Assembly (NCBI GenBank): GCA_964016885.1
Contig: OZ024741.1
Span: forward strand, 105,152,001 to 105,216,000
From: Eledone cirrhosa
Taxonomy: Eukaryota
Direction: 5' to 3'
DNA length: 64,000 bases
Shown in pieces: positions 41,350 to 56,700 of the stretch (positions within the stretch are counted from its first letter, which is position 1; each line of letters starts with the position of its first letter). The position numbers were made by a program, and so were the translations under genes. The notes beneath the pieces are model-generated. The model did no database searches. It saw nothing but the letters and a program-made list of their open reading frames with translations, and was not told the origin of the DNA.

Positions 41350-41441
41350 ATATATTATATATATATATATATTATATATATATATATATTATATATATAT
41401 ATTATATATATATATATAATATATATATATATATAATATAT

Positions 41442-41475
<34 letters not shown>

Positions 41476-41576
41476 ATATATATATATATATGTAATATAT
41501 ATATGTAATATATATATATATTATATATATATTTATAAAATATATATATATATATATTATATATATATATTATATA

Positions 41577-41668
<92 letters not shown>

Positions 41669-41695
41669 ATATATATATATATATATATATACATA

Positions 41696-41802
<107 letters not shown>

Positions 41803-41830
41803 ATATATATATATATATATTATATATATA

Positions 41831-41941
<111 letters not shown>

Positions 41942-41955
41942 ATATTATATATATA

Positions 41956-41998
<43 letters not shown>

Positions 41999-42031
41999 AT
42001 ATATTATATATATATATATATTATATATATA

Positions 42032-42074
<43 letters not shown>

Positions 42075-42375
42075 ATATATTATATATATATATATATATT
42101 ATATATATATATATATATTATATATATATATATATATTATATATATATATATTATATATATATATATTATATATATATGTATATATATTATATATATATA
42201 TGTATATATATTATATATATATGTATATATATTATATATATATATGTATATATTATATATATATGTATATATATTATATATATATATATATATTATATAT
42301 ATATATATATATTATATATATATGTATATATATTATATATATATATATATTATATATATATATATATATTATATA

Positions 42376-42534
<159 letters not shown>

Positions 42535-42563
42535 ATATATCTATATATATCTATATATATATA

Positions 42564-43550
42564 TGAATTATAAGAATCAAAGAACTGTTCAAAACATTTT
42601 TATGCTTACAACTGTTTCCTCCAAACCGAGGTTTGGATTCTTCGGAGCAATTTATTATTGAATGAACACTTATATGACCTCCTTTCACCCAAGAGACATA
42701 CAGATACATATGCAAATATTGTGGGTCAACATTCATTACAGCATTTAGTGTGGCAGTACACATTTAGAGATTTCATTCATATTAGAAGATACAATCAAAA
42801 ATACAGATTAAAATACAACATGAAATTAAGCGGTTATAGAGTGCAATGGTTATATGTGTGGCAAGCACGTGCGTCTTGTTTATATAGTGTGGCAGAGAGT
42901 TACGTGTAATAGAAGCACTTAAGCAGGTAATCAAGAGTGTTAAAGGGGTTGATCTGGTAATGAATTCCTTATATGATTGTTATAGCCTGTGTGTGGAGAA
43001 ATAATATATGTATTAAAAATAATGTAAGCATTAAAAATATTGGAAATGCGTAGCGAAGCGATGATATGGATTTCATGCACTGCGACATTTTCATAGTCTG
43101 GGGAGCGTATTTTTCAGATTATATGCCCCTCACATAATTCACGACGATTCGATATTGGGCGTTTGACAATCCAGTTAGAGAATCGTAGTCTGATGTTCTT
43201 TAGCTCAATACAGGAGGATGTTACGTTGCGAGAATCGACATCTAAATATTACCCGGAAGTGTGTGTGTGGCTAAGGGGAGTTAATGCATGAGGGGAGGTA
43301 ACTCAGTGGTTTCTATTACTAACTATTAAATTGTGTCTCAAAATAGTCCCTAACTTATATGGTTATGCGCAGTTTCTAAAAAATTTCTAAAAATTTAAAG
43401 TGTTTTAACTATAAAGTAGTCTATTAAGCTGTGCTGAAGGTGTTCTTTTTATGGTGATTAACCTCCATCGTAGAGAGCCACAAATGAATATTATACACGA
43501 CGAGCAAGATTTCTAAATTAATGATCACTGTGATTGTAGTCTACTCAAAA
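42564..43550 (-). mobile_element. PLE 3' remnant with HHR variant (CCGAAGA); duplicated at 59359-60345
   Basis: Minus strand: TGCT-CCGAAGA(42645-42639)-a-TCCAAACC-tc-GGTTTGGA-g-GAAA-CAGTTG-TA|AGCA; weak EN-like RELCEGHII upstream. Confidence 0.6.
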
Positions 43551-43633
43551 ATATAATATATATATATTATATATATATATATTTTATATATATATTAAAT
43601 ATATATATATATATATTATATATATATATATAT

Positions 43634-43665
<32 letters not shown>

Positions 43666-43710
43666 ATATATATTATATATATATATATATATATAATATA
43701 TATATGTATA

Positions 43711-43759
<49 letters not shown>

Positions 43760-44199
43760 ATTATATATATATATTATATATATATATATATTATATATAT
43801 ATATATTATATATATATATATATATAATATATATATATATTATATATATATATATTATATATATATATATATTATATATATATATATTATATATATATAT
43901 ATATATAATATATATATATATAATATATATATATATAATATATATATATAATATATATATTATATATATATATAATATATATATATATAATATATATATA
44001 TTATATATATATATATTATATATATATATTATATATATATATTATATATATATATATTATATATATCATATATATTATATATATATATATTATATATATA
44101 TATTATATATATATTATATATATATATATTATATATATCATATATATTATATATATATATATTATATATATATATTATATATATATATATATTATATAT

Positions 44200-44239
<40 letters not shown>

Positions 44240-44248
44240 TATATATAT

Positions 44249-44390
<142 letters not shown>

Positions 44391-44406
44391 ATATATATAT
44401 ATATAT

Positions 44407-44438
<32 letters not shown>

Positions 44439-44474
44439 TATATATATATATTATATATATATATATTATATATA

Positions 44475-44509
<35 letters not shown>

Positions 44510-44860
44510 ATATATATATATATAATATATATGATATATATATATATAATATATATGATATATATATATATAATATATATGATATATATATATATAATAT
44601 ATATAATATATATATATATAATATATATAATATATATATATATAATATATATATATAATATATATAATATATATATATATAATATATATATATAATATAT
44701 ATATATAATATATATATATATAATATATATATATTATATATATCATATATATTATATATATATATATTATATATATATATTATATATATATATTATATAT
44801 ATATATATTATATATATCATATATATATATATATATAAATATATATTATATATATTATAC

Positions 44861-45017
<157 letters not shown>

Positions 45018-45033
45018 ATATATATATATATAT

Positions 45034-45067
<34 letters not shown>

Positions 45068-45090
45068 ATATATATTATATATATATATAT

Positions 45091-45141
<51 letters not shown>

Positions 45142-45227
45142 ATATATATATATATATATATATGATATATATATATATATATATATGATATATATATATA
45201 TATATGATATATATTATATATATATAT

Positions 45228-45261
<34 letters not shown>

Positions 45262-45284
45262 ATATATATGATATATATTATATA

Positions 45285-45373
<89 letters not shown>

Positions 45374-45423
45374 ATATATTATATATATATATTATATATA
45401 TATATATATTATATATATATAAT

Positions 45424-45550
<127 letters not shown>

Positions 45551-45573
45551 CATAATATATATATATATATAAT

Positions 45574-48500
45574 AGATTTTGAGTTTATGTTGGTTGTATA
45601 CCAACACCTCAGTATGCAGGCTGGAGCACTCGACGAAGTGCGCAGGTTGGTTTGGTTACTCCGGAGTAGTGTAAAATAAAGTTAAATAAAAGTCAAATGA
45701 TTAAAATTTAGCTTCGTTTATTACTGCTATATATATTTCAGTGACAGCCATCTTTGGCTGTGACCTCTTCAGGCAGTTTGAATTAGTATGGTATAGACAA
45801 GTACATATGTTGTTTAGGTGTATGATATTGTCAATACTCTGATATGCCCAGTTCCTTGTTGGGTTGTTAATTCACTGGGGAACTGGAGTCATATGAATTC
45901 AAACAAACGAATTTTAGTGTCACAGGTCCCCTTCTCCTCTCATTGGTCAGTTATTAGTGTTGTCATTGTTGGAGTTAGCTTAAAAATTGATAAAATGGTA
46001 GAAGGGACAAGGTGTTGAAGGAACAAAATATCAAAAATGTGTCAAACTTCCCATTGTTCAGTTCTGAGAGCATTCCTCAGTCAGAAGTCTATAGAATTCT
46101 TTCTGGGGTGAGGCTCCCTGTAGTGTTTATGCCTGCTATTGTTCAGTACATTTGACCTCCACCATTATTTTGGTACTGTTGTTGTTGTAGTGGTCAGCTT
46201 ATATCTTGCTGCTGCTAACAATTTAGAAGTATTCAGTTTGTGTTTTCTCTTCATCCCACCCGCCACCATCGTAGTGGTGGTGGCGGGGGGGGGGGGTTAT
46301 TTCATGTATATGAAGAAATATAAGGCAATAAATGAAGAAAACAGAAGATAAATAAATAATATAATAAAATAAAATAATTAATATAATTTGTGTAATTTGA
46401 AAATAAATAAATAAATAGAGAATAAAGAATAAAGAGTAAATGAGAGATTGGTGAAAAGTAATGATAATGTATATGGAGAAGTGAGAAATAATGTAGGATA
46501 AAGTGTGTGTGTGTGTGTGTGTGTGTGTGCTATAACCAATCTCAAGGTCAGAATATGTTGGATAGATTGGTATGATACAAGATGTTAAGATGAGATATTC
46601 AATGTGTTTGTGTTATAATCTATCTCAACTTAAAATAAATATAAATATAAGGTTATACAGTGAAGAGGGCAGAAAACAAATAACAAATTAATATAGAGAA
46701 ATCAAGATTTAAGATTGGAACTTTAAAGTCAGAAATCTGGTAAATTAAAAGTGTTTGTGTTATAGATGTCGGCCAGATTATTATGGCTGTGTCCGATTCT
46801 GTCTCTAGGCTATCATGGTGTCTGCTCCGCCTGGGTTGTTCCCTATGGCTTGAGGGGAGTTCACAACCTAGGGTGTTGTAATTGTCCATATAGCTTGAGG
46901 GAGGTCTGGCCGAGAGGTGTTTTCATGTTCTGTAGAAGTCCCTATAGCTTGAGGGGAGTTCACATCTTCTTGTGTTGCTACTGTCCATATATTTGAGAAA
47001 GGTGGTCCCGGCTCTAAGGTGTCTGCATGTCCCGAAGAAGTCGGTTCTGAGGTTTATCAGGCCGCTTCCACCTCTTAGTATCTCGAGGGTCTCGTTCAGG
47101 CATAGTTTGCATATGCAAGATCCCCCTTTATCGGGTGGTACTTTCCTGATTATGTACCAGGCCAGAGAGTATGGGGTCCTGTCCAGCTTAAGCTTCCAGA
47201 TCAGGTCGGAGAGAGCTGTGCTTTTCCTTTTGGCCTCCTTCTTGAATGAATGGCGATGGTTGTACCAGCGGTCCTTAAAGCTCGTTGATGTGGCTCCTAT
47301 GTAGAGGTGTTCGGAGTTGGGGGTTTTAACCCTACAACCGTACACTATGTTCTTCTTGAGACATTCATTACCAAGGGGGCATGATTCGGGGTTTCTACAG
47401 TTGCAGAGGGTGGGCGGCCTCTGCGTGCTTAGATTAGGGTTCTCATTATGTGTTACATGTTGGTCTTCCCCCATGCTCGGTGGGGGGTCCTTGGGTCTGT
47501 TTGTGTTTCTTGGGTGGGCTCTGGGTCCCCCCTTCCCTCCTTTCACATGGTTCTGCTGAGTGTTTGTATTGCCATCTTCTGGTTGTGTGTGGTTTTTAAG
47601 CCTACTTCTGTTGATGCTAGCTATGTGTTGGGCCAAATTTCTCGTGGTGGAATACGAAAGCTTCACAGTGTGTCTGTTGAAGATCCTGTGGTATCTGTGG
47701 TCCCTCGGGAAGCATTTGTCAAGTGCTCCAAAGAACAATCGGGCCAAGCTTTTCTTTAGGGCCGCTGAGTAGGGTGGGTTGTACCACGTGATTTGTCGGT
47801 GTCTCCTCCTATATGTGTGGGTTGGGGGCTTCGTGATTTGTTGGAGATTTGTTGGTTTGCTGGTGGTTTCCGCACTGTTGCTTCCCTTTTGGGCTCTATA
47901 CTTTCTGTTATCTTCACGGCCCGGATTTGTGGGGTGGTTGTTGTCTGCCCCGGGAGATCCATCGTGGGGTGGTCGCCCGTTCCCCCCCCCCCACGTGTCC
48001 TGCGGTTGGGGTTGTCCGTCCTGGGGTAGTTAGCATCACGCCTGAGACTGCTACTCATATTGTGCTCCATCTCGTGGTCAAGCGCACTAGTCCCCACCGC
48101 CCGTGTGGTGGTGTCTGGTACATGGTGCCTATTTGATTTTGCTCTGCCTGTATTGTTAGGGTTCGCCCTCCCCACTCTGGTAACGCGGTTGTGGGTGTCT
48201 GTTGGGCTATCCACCTCCCGGCTTTTCGGACTATATGTTATATTTTGTCCATGTGCCGCCTTCTTTAGAGCTGCGTTGTAATATTCCGCGTGGTTGTTGA
48301 ATATTTCCTTACTTGCGGACAGGCTGGAGATCCTGTCCGAGACACTCTTCACCACTGCCTTGGTTATGGATCTAGGGTGGTTTGATTTGGCGTTAACATA
48401 TACTAGTTTCTCGTTGGGCTTGTGGTAGGGGTAGTATTGCTCGGTGTTCAGGTTTAGGGTGGTGTCTAGGAAGTTAACTACCTTCCTATTTGGGTCTATT

Positions 48501-49358
48501 TCTATGCTGAGCCCCTGGTTCTTAAAGAAATGGCGAATACGCCTCCTCATACCCTCCAACATACTGGTGCTGTGGTCATGTACTGTGAATAGAGCATCGT
48601 CACGATATAATCCTCCGCCCAGGCAGGGGATTTCATCTTTTATCTGCTTCAGCAGGTAGAGCCCAACCAGGTCCGTTACCTGCGCTGAGTCGCTGGAGCC
48701 CATCGTGATGTCAAAGTTATTTGGCCAATCACTCCTGGTCCACAGGTCTCCATCGAAGCGGATTAAGGTCTTTCTTGCGGCGTGGATGATGCTCACCTCT
48801 TCTCGGGTTAGGTCCGTATTGGACATCGCTAAAAATAGGGCCTTATTAAGTACTATGGGTGAGATTGAGGAGTAGTAGCTTGCGATGTCCAGTTGTATAA
48901 AGCTGGTCCTACTTTTCTCCTGCAGTATTTTGAACCATTCTATTACTTCTCTCGTGCATGACCATTGCTGAACAATGGGAAGTTTGACACATTTTTTGAT
49001 ATTTTGTTCCTTCAACACCTTGTCCCTTCTACCATTTTATCAATTTTTAAGCTAACTCCAACAATGACAACACTAATAACTGACCAATGAGAGGAGAAGG
49101 GGACCTGTGACACTAAAATTCGTTTGTTTGAAATCATATGACTCCAGTTCCCCAGTGAATTAACAACCCAACAAGGAACTGGGCATATCAGAGTATTGAC
49201 AATATCATACACCTAAACAACATATGTACTTGTCTATACCATACTAATTCAAACTGCCTGAAGAGGTCACAGCCAAAGATGGCTGTCACTGAAATATATA
49301 TAGCAGTAATAAACGAAGCTAAATTTAAATCATTTGACTTTTATTTAACTTTATTTTA
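45574..49358 (-). mobile_element. Young 5'-truncated Naiad-like PLE with inverted 5' pLTR copy and two HHR copies
   Basis: RT ORF 47756-49018 and EN ORF 46923-47747; 48968-49358 is the reverse complement of 45672-46061; HHR ACTGC-CTGAAGA-stem II-GAAA-TATATA-TA|GCAGT at 49258 (+) and 45766-45772 (-). Confidence 0.95.
46923..48967 (-). pseudogene. PLE reverse transcriptase-GIY-YIG polyprotein, 5'-truncated, one frameshift
   Basis: FIQLDIASYYSSI, FDITMGSSDSAQVTDLVGLYLL, GGLYRDDAL, VNFLDTTLNL, YHKPN, SNHP; WYNPPYS, CNCRNPESCPLGNECL, IVYGC, YIGATSTSFKDRWYNH, CKLCLNE, INLRTD...CRH. Confidence 0.93.
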
Positions 49359-49368
49359 TATATATAAT

Positions 49369-49548
<180 letters not shown>

Positions 49549-49560
49549 TATATATTATAT

Positions 49561-49596
<36 letters not shown>

Positions 49597-49677
49597 ATAT
49601 ATATATATATATTATATAAATATATATATATATTATATGTATATATATATTATATATATATATATATATGTTATATA

Positions 49678-49709
<32 letters not shown>

Positions 49710-49711
49710 GT

Positions 49712-49747
<36 letters not shown>

Positions 49748-49792
49748 ATATTATATATATATATATATTATATATATTATATATATATATTA

Positions 49793-49833
<41 letters not shown>

Positions 49834-49895
49834 TATATATATATATATAATATATATATATTATATATATTATATATATATATAATATATATATG

Positions 49896-49928
<33 letters not shown>

Positions 49929-49937
49929 ATATGTATA

Positions 49938-49995
<58 letters not shown>

Positions 49996-50004
49996 ATATG
50001 TATA

Positions 50005-50114
<110 letters not shown>

Positions 50115-50188
50115 TGATATATATACGTATATATATATATAATATATATTTGATATATATATGTATATATATATATAATATATATATG

Positions 50189-50227
<39 letters not shown>

Positions 50228-50232
50228 GTATA

Positions 50233-50296
<64 letters not shown>

Positions 50297-50369
50297 TTAT
50301 ATATATACGTATATATATATATAATATATATTTGATATATATATGTATATATATATATAATATATATAT

Positions 50370-50432
<63 letters not shown>

Positions 50433-50445
50433 ATATATATATATA

Positions 50446-50554
<109 letters not shown>

Positions 50555-50687
50555 TATATATATATTTTATATATATTATATATATATATATATATTTTAT
50601 ATATATATTATATATATATATATATTTTATATATATATTATATATATATATATTTTATATATATATTATATATATATATATTTTATA

Positions 50688-50778
<91 letters not shown>

Positions 50779-50947
50779 ATATACATATTATATATATATA
50801 TATATATTATATATATATATTATATATATATATATTATATATATATATATATTATATATATATATATTATATATATATATTATATATATATATTATATAT
50901 ATATATTATATATATATATTATATATATATATTATATATATATATAT

Positions 50948-50979
<32 letters not shown>

Positions 50980-51074
50980 ATTATATATATATATTATATA
51001 TATATATTATATATATATATTATATATATATATTATATATATATATTACATATATATATATTATATATATATAT

Positions 51075-51108
<34 letters not shown>

Positions 51109-51167
51109 ATTATATATATATATTATATATATATATATATATAATATATATATATATATATTATATA

Positions 51168-51367
51168 NNNNNNNNNNNNNNNNNNNNNNNNNNNNNNNNN
51201 NNNNNNNNNNNNNNNNNNNNNNNNNNNNNNNNNNNNNNNNNNNNNNNNNNNNNNNNNNNNNNNNNNNNNNNNNNNNNNNNNNNNNNNNNNNNNNNNNNNN
51301 NNNNNNNNNNNNNNNNNNNNNNNNNNNNNNNNNNNNNNNNNNNNNNNNNNNNNNNNNNNNNNNNNNN
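51168..51367. other. Assembly gap (200 N)
   Basis: Directly visible; round length suggests a scaffolding join. Confidence 1.
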
Positions 51368-52341
51368 ACAAGGTCTTGGCTGAGGCAGCTGTCAAGATGT
51401 TTTTAAACAGAAGTTCTCGTCATCATGTGCTCCTTGATCCGTGTGTACAGCATCCGGACGGTACCTCCGATGCACAAGGAGTTACATTTTTACGTGGGAT
51501 ATTTTACACCATATACGCTCTCATGTAAACTTCTATACTGTTGATGGGACAATTAGGAAGTGTTCACATATCGCTGTATGTGGGTTGGTGTCTCTGGAGC
51601 AGTCTCTTTAATGGGATCCCGATGGTGTCAGCTGTATATTCAATCCCTCTCTACGGATTGCTTGTCTGATGTAATTGTAGTTTTCTCATTGAAATGTGGC
51701 AACTATAGGTAACATATGTTATCTGTAGAAGCGCGTGTCCTCCTTGTTCTTTTAAGTGTTGCTACCTTAGCATTTCGGTGTTTAGTGAGAGAAGTAGGAT
51801 TTCCGTTTTGGTACCCTCATTGCATCTGTTACGTATCTGGGGGATCTCGTTTCTTATATAGGCCATTTTAGCTCTGCAGGGAAGAGCAAAATCATGGTGC
51901 ACAAAAATGTCTCAGCAGGTATCCTTCTTGTAAAATTTGGTGCATATGGATCCCTCTTCTGTGACTCTTAGTGTAGTCAAACAGAAAGAGGGATCCAGTG
52001 GTGTTTTGGTGTTCAACCTCAAATTTCACGTTTATGTCTACGTCTTCGAAGATGCTGTAACTCTTAATGGCTTCTTCACTTGATGAAGTAAGGATATCAT
52101 CCACCTTCCTAGAAGAAGAACCATTATATATATATATATATAATATATATATATATATAATATATATATTATATATATTATATATTATATATATATATAT
52201 ATATTATATATATTATATATATATATATATTATATATATATTATATATAATATATATATTATATATATATATATATTATATACATATTATATATAATATA
52301 TATATTATATATATATATATTATATATATATATATATTATG

Positions 52342-52375
<34 letters not shown>

Positions 52376-52385
52376 ATATATTATG

Positions 52386-52417
<32 letters not shown>

Positions 52418-52577
52418 ATATATTATATATATATTATATATATATATATATTATATATATATATATGATATATATATATATATATTATATATATATATAT
52501 GTTATATATATATATATATATAATATATATATTATATATATATATATATTATATATATATATTATATATATATATAT

Positions 52578-52609
<32 letters not shown>

Positions 52610-52694
52610 ATATTTATATATATATATAATATATATATTATATATATAATATATATATTATATATATATATATATATTATATATATATATATAT

Positions 52695-52725
<31 letters not shown>

Positions 52726-53031
52726 ATTTATATATATATATATAATATATATATTATATATATATATATATTATATATATATATATATTATATATATATA
52801 TATAATATATTTATATATATTTATATATATATATATAATATATATATTATATATATATATATATTATATATATATATATATTATATATATATATTATATA
52901 TATATATATTATATATATATATGTATATATTATATATATATATATTATATATATATAGATATTATATGTATATATATATATTATATATATATATATTATA
53001 TATATATATATATTATATATGTATATTATAT

Positions 53032-53220
53032 ACATAGGGTGGTGGATTGGCAGTATCGGTAGAGGGTCGGACGCCATGCTTTCCAGCATAGTTACGTCCC
53101 TTTACGATCTGAGTTCAAATCCCGCCGAGGTTGACTTTGCCTTTCATCCTTACGGGTCGATAAAATAAAGTACCAGTAATGCACTGGGTAATTGCTGGCC
53201 TTGTGCCAAAAGTAGAAACA
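53032..53220 (+). mobile_element. Full-length tRNA-derived SINE with 20-bp TSD
   Basis: A box TGGCAGTATCGG, B box GAGTTCAAATCC; ATTATATATGTATATTATAT at 53012-53031 and 53221-53240; empty site in the other copy at ~41000-41020. Confidence 0.92.
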
Positions 53221-53234
53221 ATTATATATGTATA

Positions 53235-53276
<42 letters not shown>

Positions 53277-53423
53277 TATATATATTATATGTATATATAT
53301 ATTATATATATATATATTATATGTATATATATTATATATATATATAGATATATTATGTATATATATATATTATATGTATATATATTATATATATATATAT
53401 ATAGATATATTATGTATATATAT

Positions 53424-53457
<34 letters not shown>

Positions 53458-53501
53458 ATATATAGATATATTATGTATATATATATATTATGTATATATA
53501 T

Positions 53502-53535
<34 letters not shown>

Positions 53536-53596
53536 ATATATTATATATATATATTAGATATATATATATATATTATATATATATATATATATCTAT

Positions 53597-53630
<34 letters not shown>

Positions 53631-53748
53631 ATATATTATATATATATATTATATATATATATATATTATATATATATATATATTATATATATATATTATA
53701 TATATATATATAATATATATATATAATATATATATATATATAATATAT

Positions 53749-56700
53749 GTAGGAGGTGAGTTTTATTGTAGTACAATAAAGCAATGCAGATATCGGATAA
53801 GAAGCACTCTACAGTTTGTGGGACTGGAGTATGCATAATATAAGATCAAAAGATGGTTAAAGGAGTTCAATATATTTTATTATGCGCATTTCAAAAACAA
53901 CATCATCAAACAATAATATTTGTGTTTTCATCAGATAAAACAGGAGAACATGATATGAAGGCTAAAAAAACACTTGTTGATAGTGCAGTTTTAAATCAAC
54001 ATATGAAAAGTGTTTTAGATTGATGTGTGATATTGGGAAAAATATTTTATTTAGAGAGGGGTGGGAGAGAAAAGGATGAAAAGGGAAGGAGATGAGAGGG
54101 AGAGATGGGTGATAGAGAGAAAGAGATAGTTTTTATAACTGAGAGGAGATATATTTTATATAGAGGGGTTGAAAACCGTTGGAAGATACTGTATAAATTA
54201 AAAATTTGAAAATTAACGAAGGGAGGATATGTGCGAGGAAAAAATATATTATATTTAGGGAGGGGGGGTTGGAAAGGATGAAAAAAAGGGGAGGAGATGA
54301 GAGTGAAGGTGGAAAGGGAGAGATGGGTGATAGAGAGAAAGAGATAGTTTTTATAACTGAGAAAAAGATATAATGTTTTAATATAGAGAGGTTGGGAACC
54401 GTTGGAAGATAATGTATAAATTAAAGGAATTTGAAAATTAATGAAGGGAAATTATGTATGAAGATAGAGAGAAAAAAATAATAATTGTGGGTGAATATTC
54501 TAACGTCAAAAGAAGAAATGTAGGAATTTTAAAATTAGCAAAGAGAAAAGTTTATGTGTAGAAGGATTTGAGAAAAATAATGTGAAGTTAAAGTTTGTAT
54601 ATTGAATTCATATGTATTAATAATGAGTTCGTTGATGGGGAGAAAAAAATATAATAATAAATTAAGGATGAAATTGAGATTAAAAAGATTTATGATAGAG
54701 AGAAAAAATAATAATGATTGCGGATGAATACTCAAAATGTCAAAAACAAATGTTATTGTTTTACGAGGAGATAGAATGAGGGTAATGAGTAAACGAGTAT
54801 TATAGAGTGTATAATGCCCTTTAAAGTAAGGTAGATGGGTATATTTTAAAGAATATATGAGTATATATTTAAAAAAATATATAATAATAAATTAAGGATG
54901 AAATTGAGATTAAAAAGATTTATGATAGAGAGAAAAAATAATAATGATTGCGGATGAATATTCAAAATGTCAAAAACAAATGTTATTGTTTTACGAGAAG
55001 ATAGAATGAGGGTAATGAGTAAACGAGTATTATAGAGTGTATGATGCCCTTTAAAGTAAGGTAGATGGGTATATTTTAAAGAGGTGTATGTATATGTGCC
55101 TTTGAGAAAAGATTCTAAATTGATAAAGAATTGAATATTAACTGTATACTTTGTGAAAAGTTCTATGGAATTTATGCAGGCAGATAGAAAACAAATCCGA
55201 GCGTCTATTTATTATGGATTCTAGGTTAGAGATAATGGTACATTTTTCATTTAGGCAGAGATTACAGATTTTAGATAGAGAGCTGTTCAAGTACGAGGAT
55301 GCAGAAGAAATCTTTTTCCAAAAGATGTTATATTTAATGTTTTTGTCTTTTAAGGACCATATGAGTTCTGAGAGAGCAGTGTTAGTTCTTTTAAGTTTGT
55401 ATTGAAAGATGAATGATGATTATAGAGACGAGCTTTAAAAGAGGTGGAAGTGGAGCCAAAATAGGTGAAGGAATTGGTGCTAGTTATAATTTTACATTCA
55501 TAAATTAAGTTTTTATCGAGGCAATGGTTGTTGAGAGGACATTTATTTTTAATGCGGCAGTTGCAATTAGAGAGATTATTAATGAGTGATCTAGTGTTAT
55601 CTATAGAAGGAATTGGATTGGAGAAGTTGTTTGCGATAGGAATAATAGGAATAATAGTTTCTTGATTTAGAGTTGGATTATGAACATTTAGCGAAGTTGT
55701 GTTTGACGTTGCATTTGGGTTTACAGAAGTTAGCCTAGGGTTTACAATGACGTCAGGAGTACTATTACTGTTATTATGAAATTCAATATTGGAAGGAAGA
55801 GATTTAGTATTTAATATTTTGTTGTTGTGTTTAGAGATGATGTTGGAAATATTGGAGGATGTAGAATACGAAAATTTGATGGTGTGTTTGTTAAATATTT
55901 TACTATAGATATGTGAGGGAGGGAAGCATTTATTTAAGGCACTAAAAAATAATTTAGGAATATTGTTATTAATAGAGATGGAGAAAGGAGCATTATACCA
56001 GATTATGCTCCTTTCTCCATCTCTATTAATAACAATATTCCTAAATTATTTTTAGTGCCTTAAATAAATGCTTCCCTCCCTCACATATCTATAGTAAAAT
56101 ATTTAACAAACACACCATCAAATTTTCGTATTCTACATCCTCCAATATTTCCAACATCATCTCTAAACACAACAACAAAATATTAAATACTAAATCTCTT
56201 CCTTCCAATATTGAATTTCATAATAACAGTAATAGTACTCCTGACGTCATTGTAAACCCTAGGCTAACTTCTGTAAACCCAAATGCAACGTCAAACACAA
56301 CTTCGCTAAATGTTCATAATCCAACTCTAAATCAAGAAACTATTATTCCTATTATTCCTATCGCAAACAACTTCTCCAATCCAATTCCTTCTATAGATAA
56401 CACTAGATCACTCATTAATAATCTCTCTAATTGCAACTGCCGCATTAAAATAAATGTCCTCTCAACAACCATTGCCTCGATAAAAACTTAATTTATGAAT
56501 GTAAAATTATAACTAGCACCAATTCCTTCACCTATTTTGGCTCCACTTCCACCTCTTTAAAGCTCGTCTCTATAATCATCATTCATCTTTCAAATACAAA
56601 CTTAAAAGAACTAACACTGCTCTCTCAGAACTCATATGGTCCTTAAAAGACAAAACATTAAATATAACATCTTTTGGAAAAAGATTTCTTCTGCATCCTC

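Noticed and set aside
53032-53125. tRNA gene
   Set aside because: A/B boxes belong to a multicopy SINE head; no cloverleaf, and followed by SINE core, tail and TSD.
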